64,000 nucleotides of DNA from Dendrobates tinctorius (lineage: Eukaryota), in contig NW_027361731.1 in assembly GCF_039654945.1 (NCBI RefSeq), positions 558,001 through 622,000 on the forward strand. Reading direction: 5' to 3'. Positions 24,366 through 36,200 of the stretch are shown piece after piece. The notes beneath the pieces were generated by a model. The model was not told the origin of the DNA. It ran no database searches and was given only the letters and a program-made list of their open reading frames with translations. Both the position numbers and the translations under genes were made by a program. Within the stretch, counting starts at the first letter, position 1, and every line of letters begins with the position of its first letter.

Positions 24366-26207
24366 GTTTCGGACAAAATCATCTCCGAAAGGGGAGTGCA
24401 CTTTACGCCCAGGTTCTGGAAGGGATTCTGCTCTGCGCTTTGTTATTAATGTTTGTCTGTCTTCTGCATATCATCCTCAGACTAATGGACAGATGGAGCG
24501 GACTAATCAGTGGCGTAGCAACTGTTTGTGGCGCCCGGGGCGGTCGAAAAATTTGCCGCCCCTTTGGTCGTTGATAATCCGGAAGCATCCGAAGAGCCCA
24601 CACTACACTCAAAGATCTAATTTTTAGTCTGCTACTAACTCTGCTGTTATTATTTCTACATTTCTAGACTTTCATCTTCTTGCAGTTCTCTTTATATATA
24701 TGTATGTATTAGCTTGATGATGCTGGATGAAGACCTAATGGCTTTTTTAACCCCTTCCTGACATCAGACATACTATCCCGTGCATGGGACCCGGGCCCCT
24801 ATGCCCATGGACGGGATAGTACGTCTACCGCGATCAGCGGCGCCCACATGGTGAGCGCCGCTGATCGCGGCCGGGTGTCAGCTAATTATCACAGCTGACA
24901 CCCGGCACAATGTGTCAGGGGCGGTCACGGACCGCCCCCGACACGTTAACCCCTTGCACACCACGATCAAACATGATCGCGGTGTATCGGGGGTTAAAGG
25001 GAAGCATCGGCAGGGAGGGGGCTCCCTCCGTGCTTCCCTGAGCCCCCCACGGCAGCGCAATGTGCAGCGCTGCTGCCGGGGGCTCCTTTCCTACAGGCCC
25101 CCGAATCCAAGATGGCGACGGGGGCCTTCGGGGGCCTGCAGGAAGCTGGCTTCCTCAGTGCCTGCAAAGCGCAGGCATGAGGAAGCCTTCTGCACTGCCT
25201 GTGACAGATCGCTGATCTGTCACAGTGATCTGTGATGTGACAGATCAGCGATCTGTCACAGGACAGTGATGTCCCACCTGGGACTATTTAATAAAGTAAA
25301 AAAAAAATAAAAAAAAGTGTTAAAATAATTTAAAAAAAATCGCCAAATAAATTACAAAAAAAAAAAAATATTCCCCCAAATAAATCCATTTTTTGAAAAT
25401 AAAAAAAAAACAATAAAAGTACACATATTAGGTTTCGCCGCGTCTGTAACGACCCGCCCTATAAAAATGTCCCAATAGTTAACCCCTTTAGCGAACCCCT
25501 TAAAAAATAAAAATAAAAAACGAAGCAAAAAAGAATGATTTATTATCATACCGCCAAACAAAAAGTGTAATAACGCGCAATCAAAAAGACGCATATAAAT
25601 ATCCATGGTACCGCTGAAAACGTCATCTTGTCCCGCAAAAAACGAGCCACCACACAGCATCATCAGCGAAAAAATAAAAAAGTTATAGCTCGCAGAATAA
25701 AGCGATGCAAAAATAATTATTTTTTATATAAAATAGTTTTCATTGCATAAAACCGACAAAACATAAAAAAAGACCTAAATGAGGTATCGCTGTAACCGTA
25801 CTGACCCGAAGAATAAAACCGCTTTATCAATTTTACCGCACGCGGAACGGTGTAAACGCACCCCCCCAAAAGAAATTCATGAAACGCTGGTTTTTGCTCA
25901 TTCTGCGTCCCAAAAATCGGAATAAAAAGCGATCAAAAAATGTCACGTGCCCGAAAATGGTACCAATAAAAACGTCAACTCGTCCCGCAAAAAATAAGAC
26001 CTCACATGACTCAGTGGGTCAAAATACGGAAAAATTATAGCTCTCAATATGTGGTGATGCAAAAACTATTTTTACAATAAAAAGCGTGCGACAGCTGCCA
26101 AAAATAAAAACCGCCATAAATAGTAAATCAAACCCCCCCGGTATCACCCCCTTAGTTAGGGAAAAATAATAAAATAAAAAAAATGTATTTATTTCCATTT
26201 TTCCACT

Positions 26208-26310
26208 ACGGTTAGGGTTAGGGTTAGGGTTAGGGCTAGGGTTAGGGCTAGGGTTAGGGCTAGGGCTGAGATTAGGGTTAGGGGTGTGTTGGGGTTCGGG
26301 TTGGAGTTAG
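26208..26310 (+). repeat. Interstitial telomere-like (TTAGGG/CTAGGG)n tract
   Basis: GGTTAGGGTTAGGGTTAGGGTTAGGGCTAGGG... read directly. Confidence 0.9.
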
Positions 26311-26314
26311 AATT

Positions 26315-28860
26315 GGGGGTTTCCACTGTTTGGGCACATCAGGGGCTCTCCAAATGCAACATGGCGTCTGATTTCAATTCCAGCCAATTCTGAGTTGAAA
26401 AAGTCAAATGGTGCTCCTTCCCTTCCAAGCTCTGACATGCGCCCAAACAGTGTTTTACCCCCACATGTAGGGTATCAGCCTACTCAGGACAAATTGCAAA
26501 ACAATTTTTGGGGTCCAATTTCTCCTGTTACCCATAGGAAAATAAAAAATTGGGGGCAAAAATATCATTTTTGTGGAAAAAAATTATTTTTTTATTTTCA
26601 CGTCCAAGCGTTATAAACTTCTGTGAAGCACTTGGGGGTTCAAAGTGCTCACCACACATCTAGATAAGTTCCGTGGGGGGTCTAGTGTCCAAAATGGGGT
26701 CACTTGTGGGGAGTTTCAATAGTTTAGGTACATCAGGGGCTCTCCAAACGCACATGACACCCGCAGACCATTCCATCAAAGTCTGCATTCCAAAATGTCA
26801 CTGCTTCCCTTCCGAGCCCCGACGTGTGTCCATACAGTAGTTTTCTCCCACATATGGGGTGTCAGCGTACTCAGGCCAAATTGGACAACAACCTTTGGGG
26901 TTCAATTTCTCCTGTTATCCTTGGGAAAATAAAAAAATTGGGGACTAATTGATCATGTTTGTGGAAAAAATACGATTTTTTTATTTTCATGCCCGAGCAT
27001 TATAAACTTCTGTGAAGCCCTTGGGGGTTCAAAGTGCTCACCACACATCTAGATAAGTTCCTTAGGGGGACTAGTTTTCAAAATGGGGTCATTTGTGGGG
27101 GGTTTCCACTGTTTAGGTACATTAGGGGCTCTCCAAAGGCAACATGACACCCGCAGACCATTCCATCAAAGTCTGCATTCCAAAACATCACTACTTCCCT
27201 TCCGAGCCCCGACGTGTGCCCATACAGTAGTTTTCTCCCACATATGGGGTATCAGTTTACTCAGGACAAATTGGACAACAACTTTTGGGGTCCAATTTCT
27301 CCTGGTACCCTTGGGAAAATAAAAAAATGGTGACTAAAATATCATGTTTGTGGAAAAAATATGATTTTTTTTATTTTCACGCCCGGGCGTTATAAACTTC
27401 TGTGAAGCACTGGGGGGTTCAAAGTGCTCACCACACATCTAGATAAGTTCCTTGGGGGTCTAGTTTACAAAATGGTGTCATTTGTGGGGGGTTTCCACTG
27501 TTTAGGTACATCAGGGGTTTTCCAATCGCAACATGGTGTCCGATTTCAATTCCAGCCAAAAACGTCAAATGGCGCTGCTTCCCTTCCGAGCTCTGCCATG
27601 CGCCCAAATAGTGGTTTACCCCCACATGTGGGGTATCAGCGTACTCAGGACAAATTGCACAATAACTTTTAGGGTCCTGTTACCCTTGGAAAAATAAGAA
27701 TTGAGGGTGAAAAGATCATTTTTGTGGAAAAAATATGATTTTTTAATTGTACGGCTTTATGTTATAAACTTCTGTGAAGCCCTTGGGGGTTCAAAGTTCT
27801 CACCACACATCTAGATAAGTTCCTTAGGGGGTCTAGTTTCCAAAATGGTGTCATTTGTGGGGGGTTTCCACTGTTTTGGTACATCAGGGGTTTTCCAATC
27901 GCAACATGATGTCCGATCTCAATTCCAGCCAAAAACGTCAAATGGCGCTGCTTCCCTTCCGAGCTCTGCCATGCGCCCAAATAGTGGTTTACCCCCACAT
28001 GTGGGGTATCAGCGTACTCAGGACAAATTGCACAATAACTTTTAGGGTCCTGTTACCCTTGGAAAAATAAGAATTGAGGGTGAAAAGATCATTTTTGTGG
28101 AAAAAATATGATTTTTTAATTGTACGGCTTTATGTTATAAACTTCTGTGAAGCCCTTGGGGGTTCAAAGTTCTCACCACACATCTAGATAAGTTCCTTAG
28201 GGGGTCTAGTTTCCAAAATGGTGTCATTTGTGGGGGGTTTCCACTGTTTTGGTACATCAGGGGTTTTCCAATCGCGACATGATGTCCGATCTCAATTCCA
28301 GCCAAAAACGTCAAATGGCGCTGCTTCCCTTCCGAGCTCTGCCATGCACCCAAATAGTGGTTTACCCCCACATGTGGGGTATCAGCGTACTCAGGACAAA
28401 TTGCACAATAACTTTTAGGTTCCTGTTACCCTTGGGAAAATAAAAATTGGGGTGAAAAGGTCATTTTTGTGGAAAAAATATGATTTTTTAATTGTACCGC
28501 TGTACGTTATGAACTTCTGTAAAGCCCTTGTGGGTTCAAAGTTCTCACCACATATCTACATAAGTTCCTTGGGGGGGTCTAGTTTCCAAAATGGGGTCAC
28601 TTGTAGGGGGTTTCCACTGTTTAGGTACATCAGGGACTCTCCAAACGTGACATGGCGTCCGATCTGAATTCCAGACAATTTTGCATTGAAAAAGTCAAAC
28701 GGCGCTCCTTCCATTCTGAGCTCTGCCATGCGCCGAAACAGTCGTTCCCCCCCCCACATATCAGGTATCAGCGTACTCAGGACAAATTGCACAATAACTT
28801 TTGCAGTCCAATTTCTCCTGTTACCCTTGGTAAAATAAAAAAAATTGAACCTGAAGTATT
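26315..28860. repeat. ~373-390-bp tandem repeat (~6-7 units) inside the piggyBac-type element
   Basis: Identical ORFs recur at offset 373 (27762/28135; 27845/28218); recurring motif CTCACCACACATCTAGATAAGTTCC. Confidence 0.92.
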
Positions 28861-29981
28861 TTTTTTGTGAAAAAAAGTTAGATGTTCATTTTTTTTTAAA
28901 TATTCAAAAAAATTCCTGTGACGCACCTAAAGGGTTAATAAACTTCTTGAATGTGGTTTTGAGCACCTTAAGGGGTGCAGTTTTTAGAATGGTGTCACTT
29001 TTGGGTATTTTCTATCATATAGACCCCTCAAAGTGGCTTCAAATGTGATGTAGTCCGTAAAAATAAAATGGTGTTGTAAAAATGAGAAATCGCTGGTCAA
29101 CTTTTAACCCTTATAACTTCCTAACAAAAAAAAATTTAGTTTCCAATATTGTGCTGATGTAAAGTAAACATGTGGGAAATGCTAGTTATCAAGTTTTTTG
29201 GGTGCCATATCTCTGTGATTTAAGGGCATAAAAATTCAAAGTTGGAAAATTGCAAAATTTTCCAAATTTTCGCCAAATTTCCGTTTTTCTCACAAATAAA
29301 CGCAAGTTATTTGAATTAAATTTTACCACTAACATGAAGTACAATATGTCACGAGAAAACAATGTCAGAATAACCGGGATCCATGGAAGCGTTCCAGGGT
29401 TATGACCTCATAAAGGTACAGTGGTCAGAATTGTAAAAATTGGCCCGGTCATGAAAGTGCAAACCACCCTTGGGGGTGAAGGGGTTAATAATAATTTTTA
29501 ATAATGTGACAGAAAAAAAAAGAAAGTACAAATTATTTTCGAAACTTGGGTAAAGTTCAGCGGTGTTCGCCGGGCCGGAAGTGCGCTGCCACCCCCACGG
29601 TGGAGACACACAGGCAGGTCCTGCTGGCTGCTGCACTGTGCCTCCGTGCTTCTCCCACAGAGAGGAATTGCTGCTGCTGCTGCGCCGCCCCCACACACGT
29701 GCCGCCTGGGGCGGACCGCCCCCCCACGCTACGCCACTGGGCACTGCTGAGGTGTTATGGAAGCCCAGGTTGCTTTGATAGCAGCCTTCAGCTCGTCTTA
29801 AGAGATCTGGTTGCTCATAATATTAGCCAACGTGTTGCGCAGAGATAGACAGGGAGCGCTCTACTGGTTCAAAATGAAAATGGAAGTGAAGCTCCCTGAA
29901 CTGACATAGAAATCAGGACACTTTGAGGATAAGAAAGTTTAATTTCTTTGTGCTTTGCAACACTTTGGGCAATCCCTTTAA

Positions 29982-30387
29982 GGCTGGGGTCACACTAGCG
30001 TATGGCATCCGATGCGAGAGCACTGCTGCGAGTGTGAGTTGAGTGTCCTGCTACTGCACTCCCATTCTCTCACAAAGAGCTGATCAGAGCACAGCTGCGG
30101 AGGAGGCGGAGAAAGTAGTTTCTCCATCTTCTCCGTTGCCGGCGTCACCGTATATCGCACCGCACTCAGATGATATCCGAGTGATGTGCGTTGTGTCACT
30201 CGCACCCATAGATGCAAGTGAGCCGAGACTCGGCCAAGTCTCATTGCCAATCGCAGCATGCTGCGACCGATTCAGCTTGAGAAAATTGCAGATATGATCT
30301 GCCCCAAAGAATAACACTGGAACGAGTGCTATGCAATGTTTTCTCGCATAGCACTCGTCCGTATTCCACGGTAGTGTGACGCCGGCC
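29982..30387. mobile_element. Harbinger/PIF-type MITE in the captured STK25 intron
   Basis: TIRs GGCTGGGGTCACACTA / TAGTGTGACGCCGGCC; TAA TSD on both sides. Confidence 0.8.
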
Positions 30388-30451
30388 TAAGTCTCCCATC
30401 GAGACTCAGTTTCCTAGTACAGAGCGCATTAATAAAGGTTTAGGATGTTAC

Positions 30452-31298
30452 CTTCAGGTAGGAGCCATAATAGCGAGTGATATAAGGACTGTCACACTGG
30501 CTCAGAACAGTGATCTCTTGTTGAATGTCCTCAATCTCATCTTCTGCCTCTTCCAGGTCTATGATCTTGATGGCCACCACTTCTTTGCTGCGATTCTCTA
30601 TACCTTTGTACACTTCTCCAAATGATCCCCTCCCAATGCGCTCCAGCTTGGTGAAGAGGTGTTCTGGGTCCATTCTCGATCCCTACAGAGGAAGAAATAA
30701 TCAGAAAGCCACAATACCTAGTGCCTTTACCATTTACTTTCTAGATGAGCCGTCACATTACGGCAGCTGCTTCCCTCCCCCCTGTCCCATTTCCTTTACT
30801 GAATTCCGTATACAAAGCCCGGGGCAAGTGGCGGCGTAATGCAGGCTGCACCGGGCAGTTATACCGGTCACAGTCCTCCTCGTGTAGCAATAACCAGTGG
30901 TGGATTCCGTGTACAGACAGCAGTCACTTTGATATTAAATCACAATCAGTTTTGTTTTTCTGAAATCAGCCACAAACTGTCTTCACTTTCCAATCTGCAT
31001 GGTAAAAATAATGACATTCTTTCAGCTGATCCCTGAGGTTCATTCTGTACTGCTGTATGTGGATGTGCGCAACTCTGGAGCTGGTTAGTGCAGGTGCAGC
31101 TCATGAGAAGCGAGACGAGACCCTGACTAGTGCACAGCAGACACGATGCAACGAAAACAGACCCGTGAAGAAGCCACGTTACCCATAAGACCTGCAGGCT
31201 GGCTGAGTTAGCGCGGCCTCTTGGTGGGCGACCCAATAGCGGTGTACTGCAATAAGAGTGAGGATTACCTGTGATGGGAAGTCCCGTAGGTGCGCCAT
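30452..31298 (-). pseudogene. STK25: Truncated copy of serine/threonine kinase 25 (GCKIII): coding exons 31298-31269 and 30682-30452
   Basis: MAHLRDFPSQ|gt...ag|[77 protein letters not shown]|gt. The MAHLR start, EVYKG, KEVVAIK and PYITRY favour STK25 over STK24/STK26. The 30-nt and 231-nt exons are in phase 0 with no stops; no downstream kinase exons are seen. Confidence 0.9.
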
Positions 31299-31669
31299 TC
31301 TGGAGCAATCTGATTCCGCTCAGTGACCCATAGACTGGGGGTGGCGGCACAGCGCACACAACTTGCCCCACTTCGCTCGCCCCTCTATAATCTGCACAGC
31401 CCTGAATGCAACACACTGACAAGAAGCAGCAGCTGTGAGACTGTTCTGCTACCAATAGTCATAGGCAGTGGCTGCAATGTGCAGAGATAACATGTCCCTA
31501 CTGCTGGGATGTATGGAGCCCAGCACACTACATCCGCAGCTCCCTCCTATACTAAGCTATGGCAGCCCATAGCACTGAGCCATAGCCACTCAGCACAGCA
31601 ATCCACAGGGTTCTAACAGCTGGCCTGCTCTATACAGAGAACAAAACAGTCCTCCCTGATGCCACACAC

Positions 31670-31990
31670 GTACTTACGTCATCCCCGCCCAGGATCCTGG
31701 GACATGTAGTTCTTTTGGAAGCCGTTGTCTATTGTCCTGATGGCACCCAGAACTACAAATCCCACAAGCTAAAGGCGCGGGGTGTTCTGGGAGTTGTAGA
31801 AGCTAGGCATGAACGTAAACAGGAGACATTTAAGTCATGTGACTGGAGTTAGGCGTTACGTCACGCCTATGGAAACCGCTCCGGGATAGTGGGAGGGAAT
31901 AAGGGGAACTGGTATCACGTGACTACAAGTAACCCATGCACTGCTGATATACTGTGGTGGTGGCCGTGTGCGCCCGCGTGTGCTCCGCCC
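31670..31990 (-). promoter_or_regulatory. Probable STK25 non-coding first exon and housekeeping-type promoter
   Basis: Minus-strand donor GAC|GTAAGT at 31677; GC box; three ZNF143/THAP11-type ACTACAnnTCCCA motifs (CTGGGACATGTAGT ~31697, ACTACAAATCCCA 31752, CTGGGAGTTGTAG ~31788); E-box TCACGTGA at ~31915; CpG-rich. Confidence 0.7.
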
Positions 31991-33222
31991 GTGGTTGTCA
32001 CAGACCATAGAAAATAAAATGTATTCCCTGCTCTGCGCTTCTCCCACAGAGGAGAGGAATTGCTGCTGCTGTCGCGCCGCCCCCACACACGTGCCGCCTG
32101 GGACGGACCGCCCCCCCACGCTACGCCACTGGGACTAATCAGACTCTGGAACAGTATCTTCGATGCTATATCAGCCATTCGCAGGATGACTGGTTGGAGT
32201 TGCTTCCACTAGCAGAATTTTGTTACAACTCTCAGAGTTCATCTACTAAGGTAACACTCTTCTTTGCCAACCTGGGTTATCATCCCAATATTCTTCCCAG
32301 ATCCCCTATCGATGCACCGGTGCCTGCAGTACATGAGAGGTTGACAGCACTGAGACACAATCTGGAAACCCTGAAGGAATCGCTGTCTACTGAACAGGAT
32401 AGATATAAGAGATCTGCCGATAGGTGCAGGCCTCCCAGATCTATGTTCGAGGTAGGAGACTCTGTGTGGTTATCTACTAAAAACTTGAGATTGAACATTC
32501 CATCACAGAAACTGGGACAATAATTCAAGATCAAGATCTCTGGGATCTTGAGTTCTGTTGCCTGTTGTCTGAAGTTGCCGAGGACCTTGAAGGTACATCC
32601 TGTGTTTCATGTCTCCCTGTTAAAACCAGTGTCTCCAAATACTTTTCGGAGTTGTATTACACCTCCTCAGCCTGTGATAGTGTAAGGACAAGTACAGTTT
32701 GTTGTAGAGAAGATTCTGGATTCTAGAATCCGCAGGAATCAACTGCATTACCTAATCAAATGGCAAGGATATCCATCTGAGGAGAACTCTTGGGAGCTGG
32801 TGGGCAATATCTGTGCTCCTCAAAAAATTACTCTGTTCCATGAGAAATATCCTGACAAGCCTGGTCCTGGATCGTCCTGAGGCCGCTTCTGAGGTGGGAG
32901 TAATGTAAGAATTCTGCACTTTCTTTGTGACTGTTCGCCTTGATCCAAGATGGAGTCTGGGATCTCACCCTGTCATGGAATCTCCTGTCTGTCCTGATTA
33001 TTTAAGTCCGGGTCATGTGTTCTCCTGTGCCTGAGTATTTTGTTGCTGTCTTGCTCCTGCCCAGGCTGGGATCAGAACCAGAGCGCTGAGTGGATTTGCC
33101 CTAAATTCCATACCAATGATCCCTTTAAGAGACCCTGGGGTCAGAACCACAGAGCTGAGTGAAACTGTCTTAACTTCCATACTAGCGATCCCTTTAAGAG
33201 AGGCCTGTGGTCAAAACCAAAG

Positions 33223-36200
33223 TAACATAGTAACATAGTAACATAGTTATTAAGGTTGAAGGGAGACTTTAAGTCCATCTAGTTCAACCCATATCCTATC
33301 CTAACTTGCCCTAACATGTTGATCCAGAGGAAGGCAAAAAAAACCCCATGTGGCAAACAGTAAGCTTCACATTGGGGAAAAAAATTCCTTCCCGACTCCA
33401 CATACGGCAATCAGACTAGCTCCCTGGATCAACGCAATATTAAGGAAACTAGTGTATATACCCTGTAATATTATACTTTTCAAGAAAGGCATCCAGTCCC
33501 TTCTTAAATTTTAGTAGGGAATCACTCATTACAACATCATATGGCAGAGAGTTCCATAGTCTCACTGCTCTTACAGTAAAGAATCCACGTCTGTGAGTAT
33601 GCTTAAACCTTCTCTCCTCCAGACGTAGAGGATGCCCCCTTGTCCCCATCACAGGTCTAAGAGTAAAAAGATCATTAGAAAGCTCTTGGTATTGTCGCCG
33701 CATATATTTATACATTGTAATAAGATCACCCCTAAGCCTTCGATTCTCCAAACTAAATAACCCCAAAGCCCCTTGCGGTAGCGACACGCGTCGGGCACGT
33801 CCACAGGCTCCCCCTTGTTTGGGTATAGTATGCTGTTTTAGCATCTAGTGCATATTGTATGCACTCTTTGGGAGGTTACTTATTGGGCTCTGAATGTATT
33901 ATTTCAGGGCACAAACATATGTTCTTATTTATTATTTTTTCCTCCATACCATGTCCTTCTCTGATTTAGGGGGTTGTTTTGACATCTGGTGCATGCTTTA
34001 GCACATTTGCATTTTCATGGTTTTGGTCCCATAGTGCATTTTTCAATGTTTCATAAATTACTGTGATATTGTTAATACATTAATGCACTGTGTATATTTT
34101 TAGCGAGCATAGTGGTTTTTGTTTGATAGTGCTCCAATTGGGTTCTCTAATATCTGTTTAATTGTACCAGATGCTTGATATAACATGGTCCATTTATCAG
34201 CTTCTATCATTACCTCAGATGAGAGGGGAGTCTGTTAGGGTTATATTATTAACCCATAATGGTTTAATTGTCATTTTGTGACTTTTTAAATGTTTTTATA
34301 TTGTCCATTTGTCTGAGTGATTCAATAAAATTTACATGTTGAGTTTTGATAGAGGTGATCCCAGTTCTTGGTCAGTATCTTTCTCTCTTCTTTTTCAAAT
34401 AACCCCAAATGTAATAACCTGTCTTGGTATTGCAGACCCCCTAGTTCCCTAATAACCTTGGTCGCTCTTCTCTGCACCCGCTCCAGTTCAGCTATGTCTT
34501 TCTTATACACCGGAGACCAGAACTGTACACAGTATTCTAAGTGTGGTCGCACTAGTGACTTATATAGAGGTAAAATTATGTTCTCCTCATGAGCATCTAT
34601 GCCTCTTTTAATGCATCCCATTATTTTATTTGCCTTTGCAGCAGCTGCCTGACACTGGCCGCTAAATGTGAGTTTGTCGTCCACCCATACACCCAGGTCT
34701 TTTTCAGTGACTGTTTTGCCCAGTGTTTTACAATTAAGCACATAATTATACATCGTGTTCGTTCTACCCAAGTGCATGACCTTACATTTATCCCCATTAA
34801 AGCTCATTTGCCATTTATCAGCCCAAGCTTCTAGTTTACATAAATCCTCCTGTAATATAAAATTGTCCTCCTCTGTATTGATTACCCTGCAGAGTTTAGT
34901 GTCATCTGCAAATATTGAAATTCTACTCTCTATGCCCCCTACAAGGTCATTAATAAATATGTTAAAAAGAAGCGGGCCCAAAACTGACCCCTGTGGTACC
35001 CCACTGCTAACCGTGACCCAGTCCGAGTGTGCTCCATTAATAATCACCCTTTGTTTCCTATCCCTGAGCCATCTCTTAACCCACCTACACATATTTTCCC
35101 CTATCCCCATTGTTCTCATTTTATGTATCAACCTTTTGTGTGGCACCGTATCAAAAGCTTTTGAAAAGTCCATGTACACCACGTCCACTGCATTCCCTTG
35201 GTCCAGTCCGGAACTTACCTCTTCATAAAAGCTTATCAGATTAGTCTGACAGGAACGGTCCCTTGTAAACCCATGTTGATATTGGGTCATGAGGTTATTC
35301 TTCTCCAGATACTCCAGTATAGTATCTCTTAGGAAACCCTCCAGGATCTTACCCACAGTTGAGGTTAAACTTACTGGCCTATAATTTCCAAGTTCAGTTT
35401 TTGTCCCCTTTTTGAATATTGGCACCACATTTGCTATACGCCAGTCCTGTGGTACAGACCCTGTTATTATGGAATCCTTAAAGATTAAAAATAATGGTCT
35501 ATCTATGACTGTACTTAATTCCTGCAGTACTCGGGGGTGTATCCCATCCGGGCCCGGGGATTTGTCAATTTTAGTGATTTTTAGACGCCGCCGTACTTCC
35601 TGCTGGGTTAAGCAGGTGACATTTAATGGAGAATTTTTATCCCTGATCATGTTATCCGTCATGGGATTTTCTTGTGTAAATACTGCTGAAAAAAAGTCAT
35701 TTAGCATATTGGCTTTTTCCTCATCCTCCTCCACCATTTCACCCAGACTATTTTTAAGGGGGCCAACACTATCATTTTTTAGTTTCTTACTATTTATGTA
35801 GTTAAAGAATATTTTGGGATTATTTTTACTTTTTCTGGCAATGAGTCTCTCTGTCTCAATCTTTGCTGTCTTGATTTGCTTTTTACAGAATTTATTTAAT
35901 CTTCTGTATTTAGTTAATGCCTCATCACTACCTACTTGCTTTAATTCTCTAAATGCTTTATGTTTGTCCCTTATTGTGCCCCTTACAGCTCTATTTAGCC
36001 ATAGTGGTTTCTTCCTATTTCTCGCATGTTTATTCCCATACGGTATATATTGGGCACAGCTCCTATTCAGGATGCTAATAAACGTCTCCCATTTTCTTTG
36101 TGTATTTTTATGTCTCAGGATATCGTCCCAGTTAATTGCACCAAGATCATCTCTCATCCGTTGGAAATTTGCTTTCCTGAAGTTTAGTGTCCTTGTAACC

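Larger units (their letters stand above)
24751..29484. mobile_element. Non-autonomous piggyBac-type element nested in the hAT unit
   Basis: TTAA|CCCCTTC ... GAAGGGG|TTAA; no transposase ORF; internal telomere-like tract and ~373-bp tandem repeats. Confidence 0.88.
24508..32131 (+). mobile_element. Composite non-autonomous hAT unit (Pack-type) carrying the STK25 5' region
   Basis: TIR CAGTGGCGTAGC at 24508; GCTACGCCACTG ends at both 29739 and 32131. Exact 8-bp TSD GGACTAAT (24500-24507 / 32132-32139) flanks only the outer end. Confidence 0.92.
24370..33222 (+). mobile_element. Gypsy chromovirus integrase core, chromodomain and 3' LTR (split by the hAT unit; LTR further split by CR1)
   Basis: [20 protein letters not shown]...SSAYHPQTNGQMERTN (24370-24507) resumes as QTLEQYLRCYISHSQDDWLELLPLAEF at 32140. 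Chromodomain FVVEKILDSRIRRNQLHYLIKWQGYPSEENSWE; PPT, then LTR TGT at 32904; the LTR repeat resumes at 38068-38115. Confidence 0.88.

Noticed and set aside
30440-31298. STK25 as the genuine functional locus
   Set aside because: Only the first two coding exons are visible, enclosed by hAT ends and a TSD inside a Gypsy integrase; no later kinase exons were found in the window.
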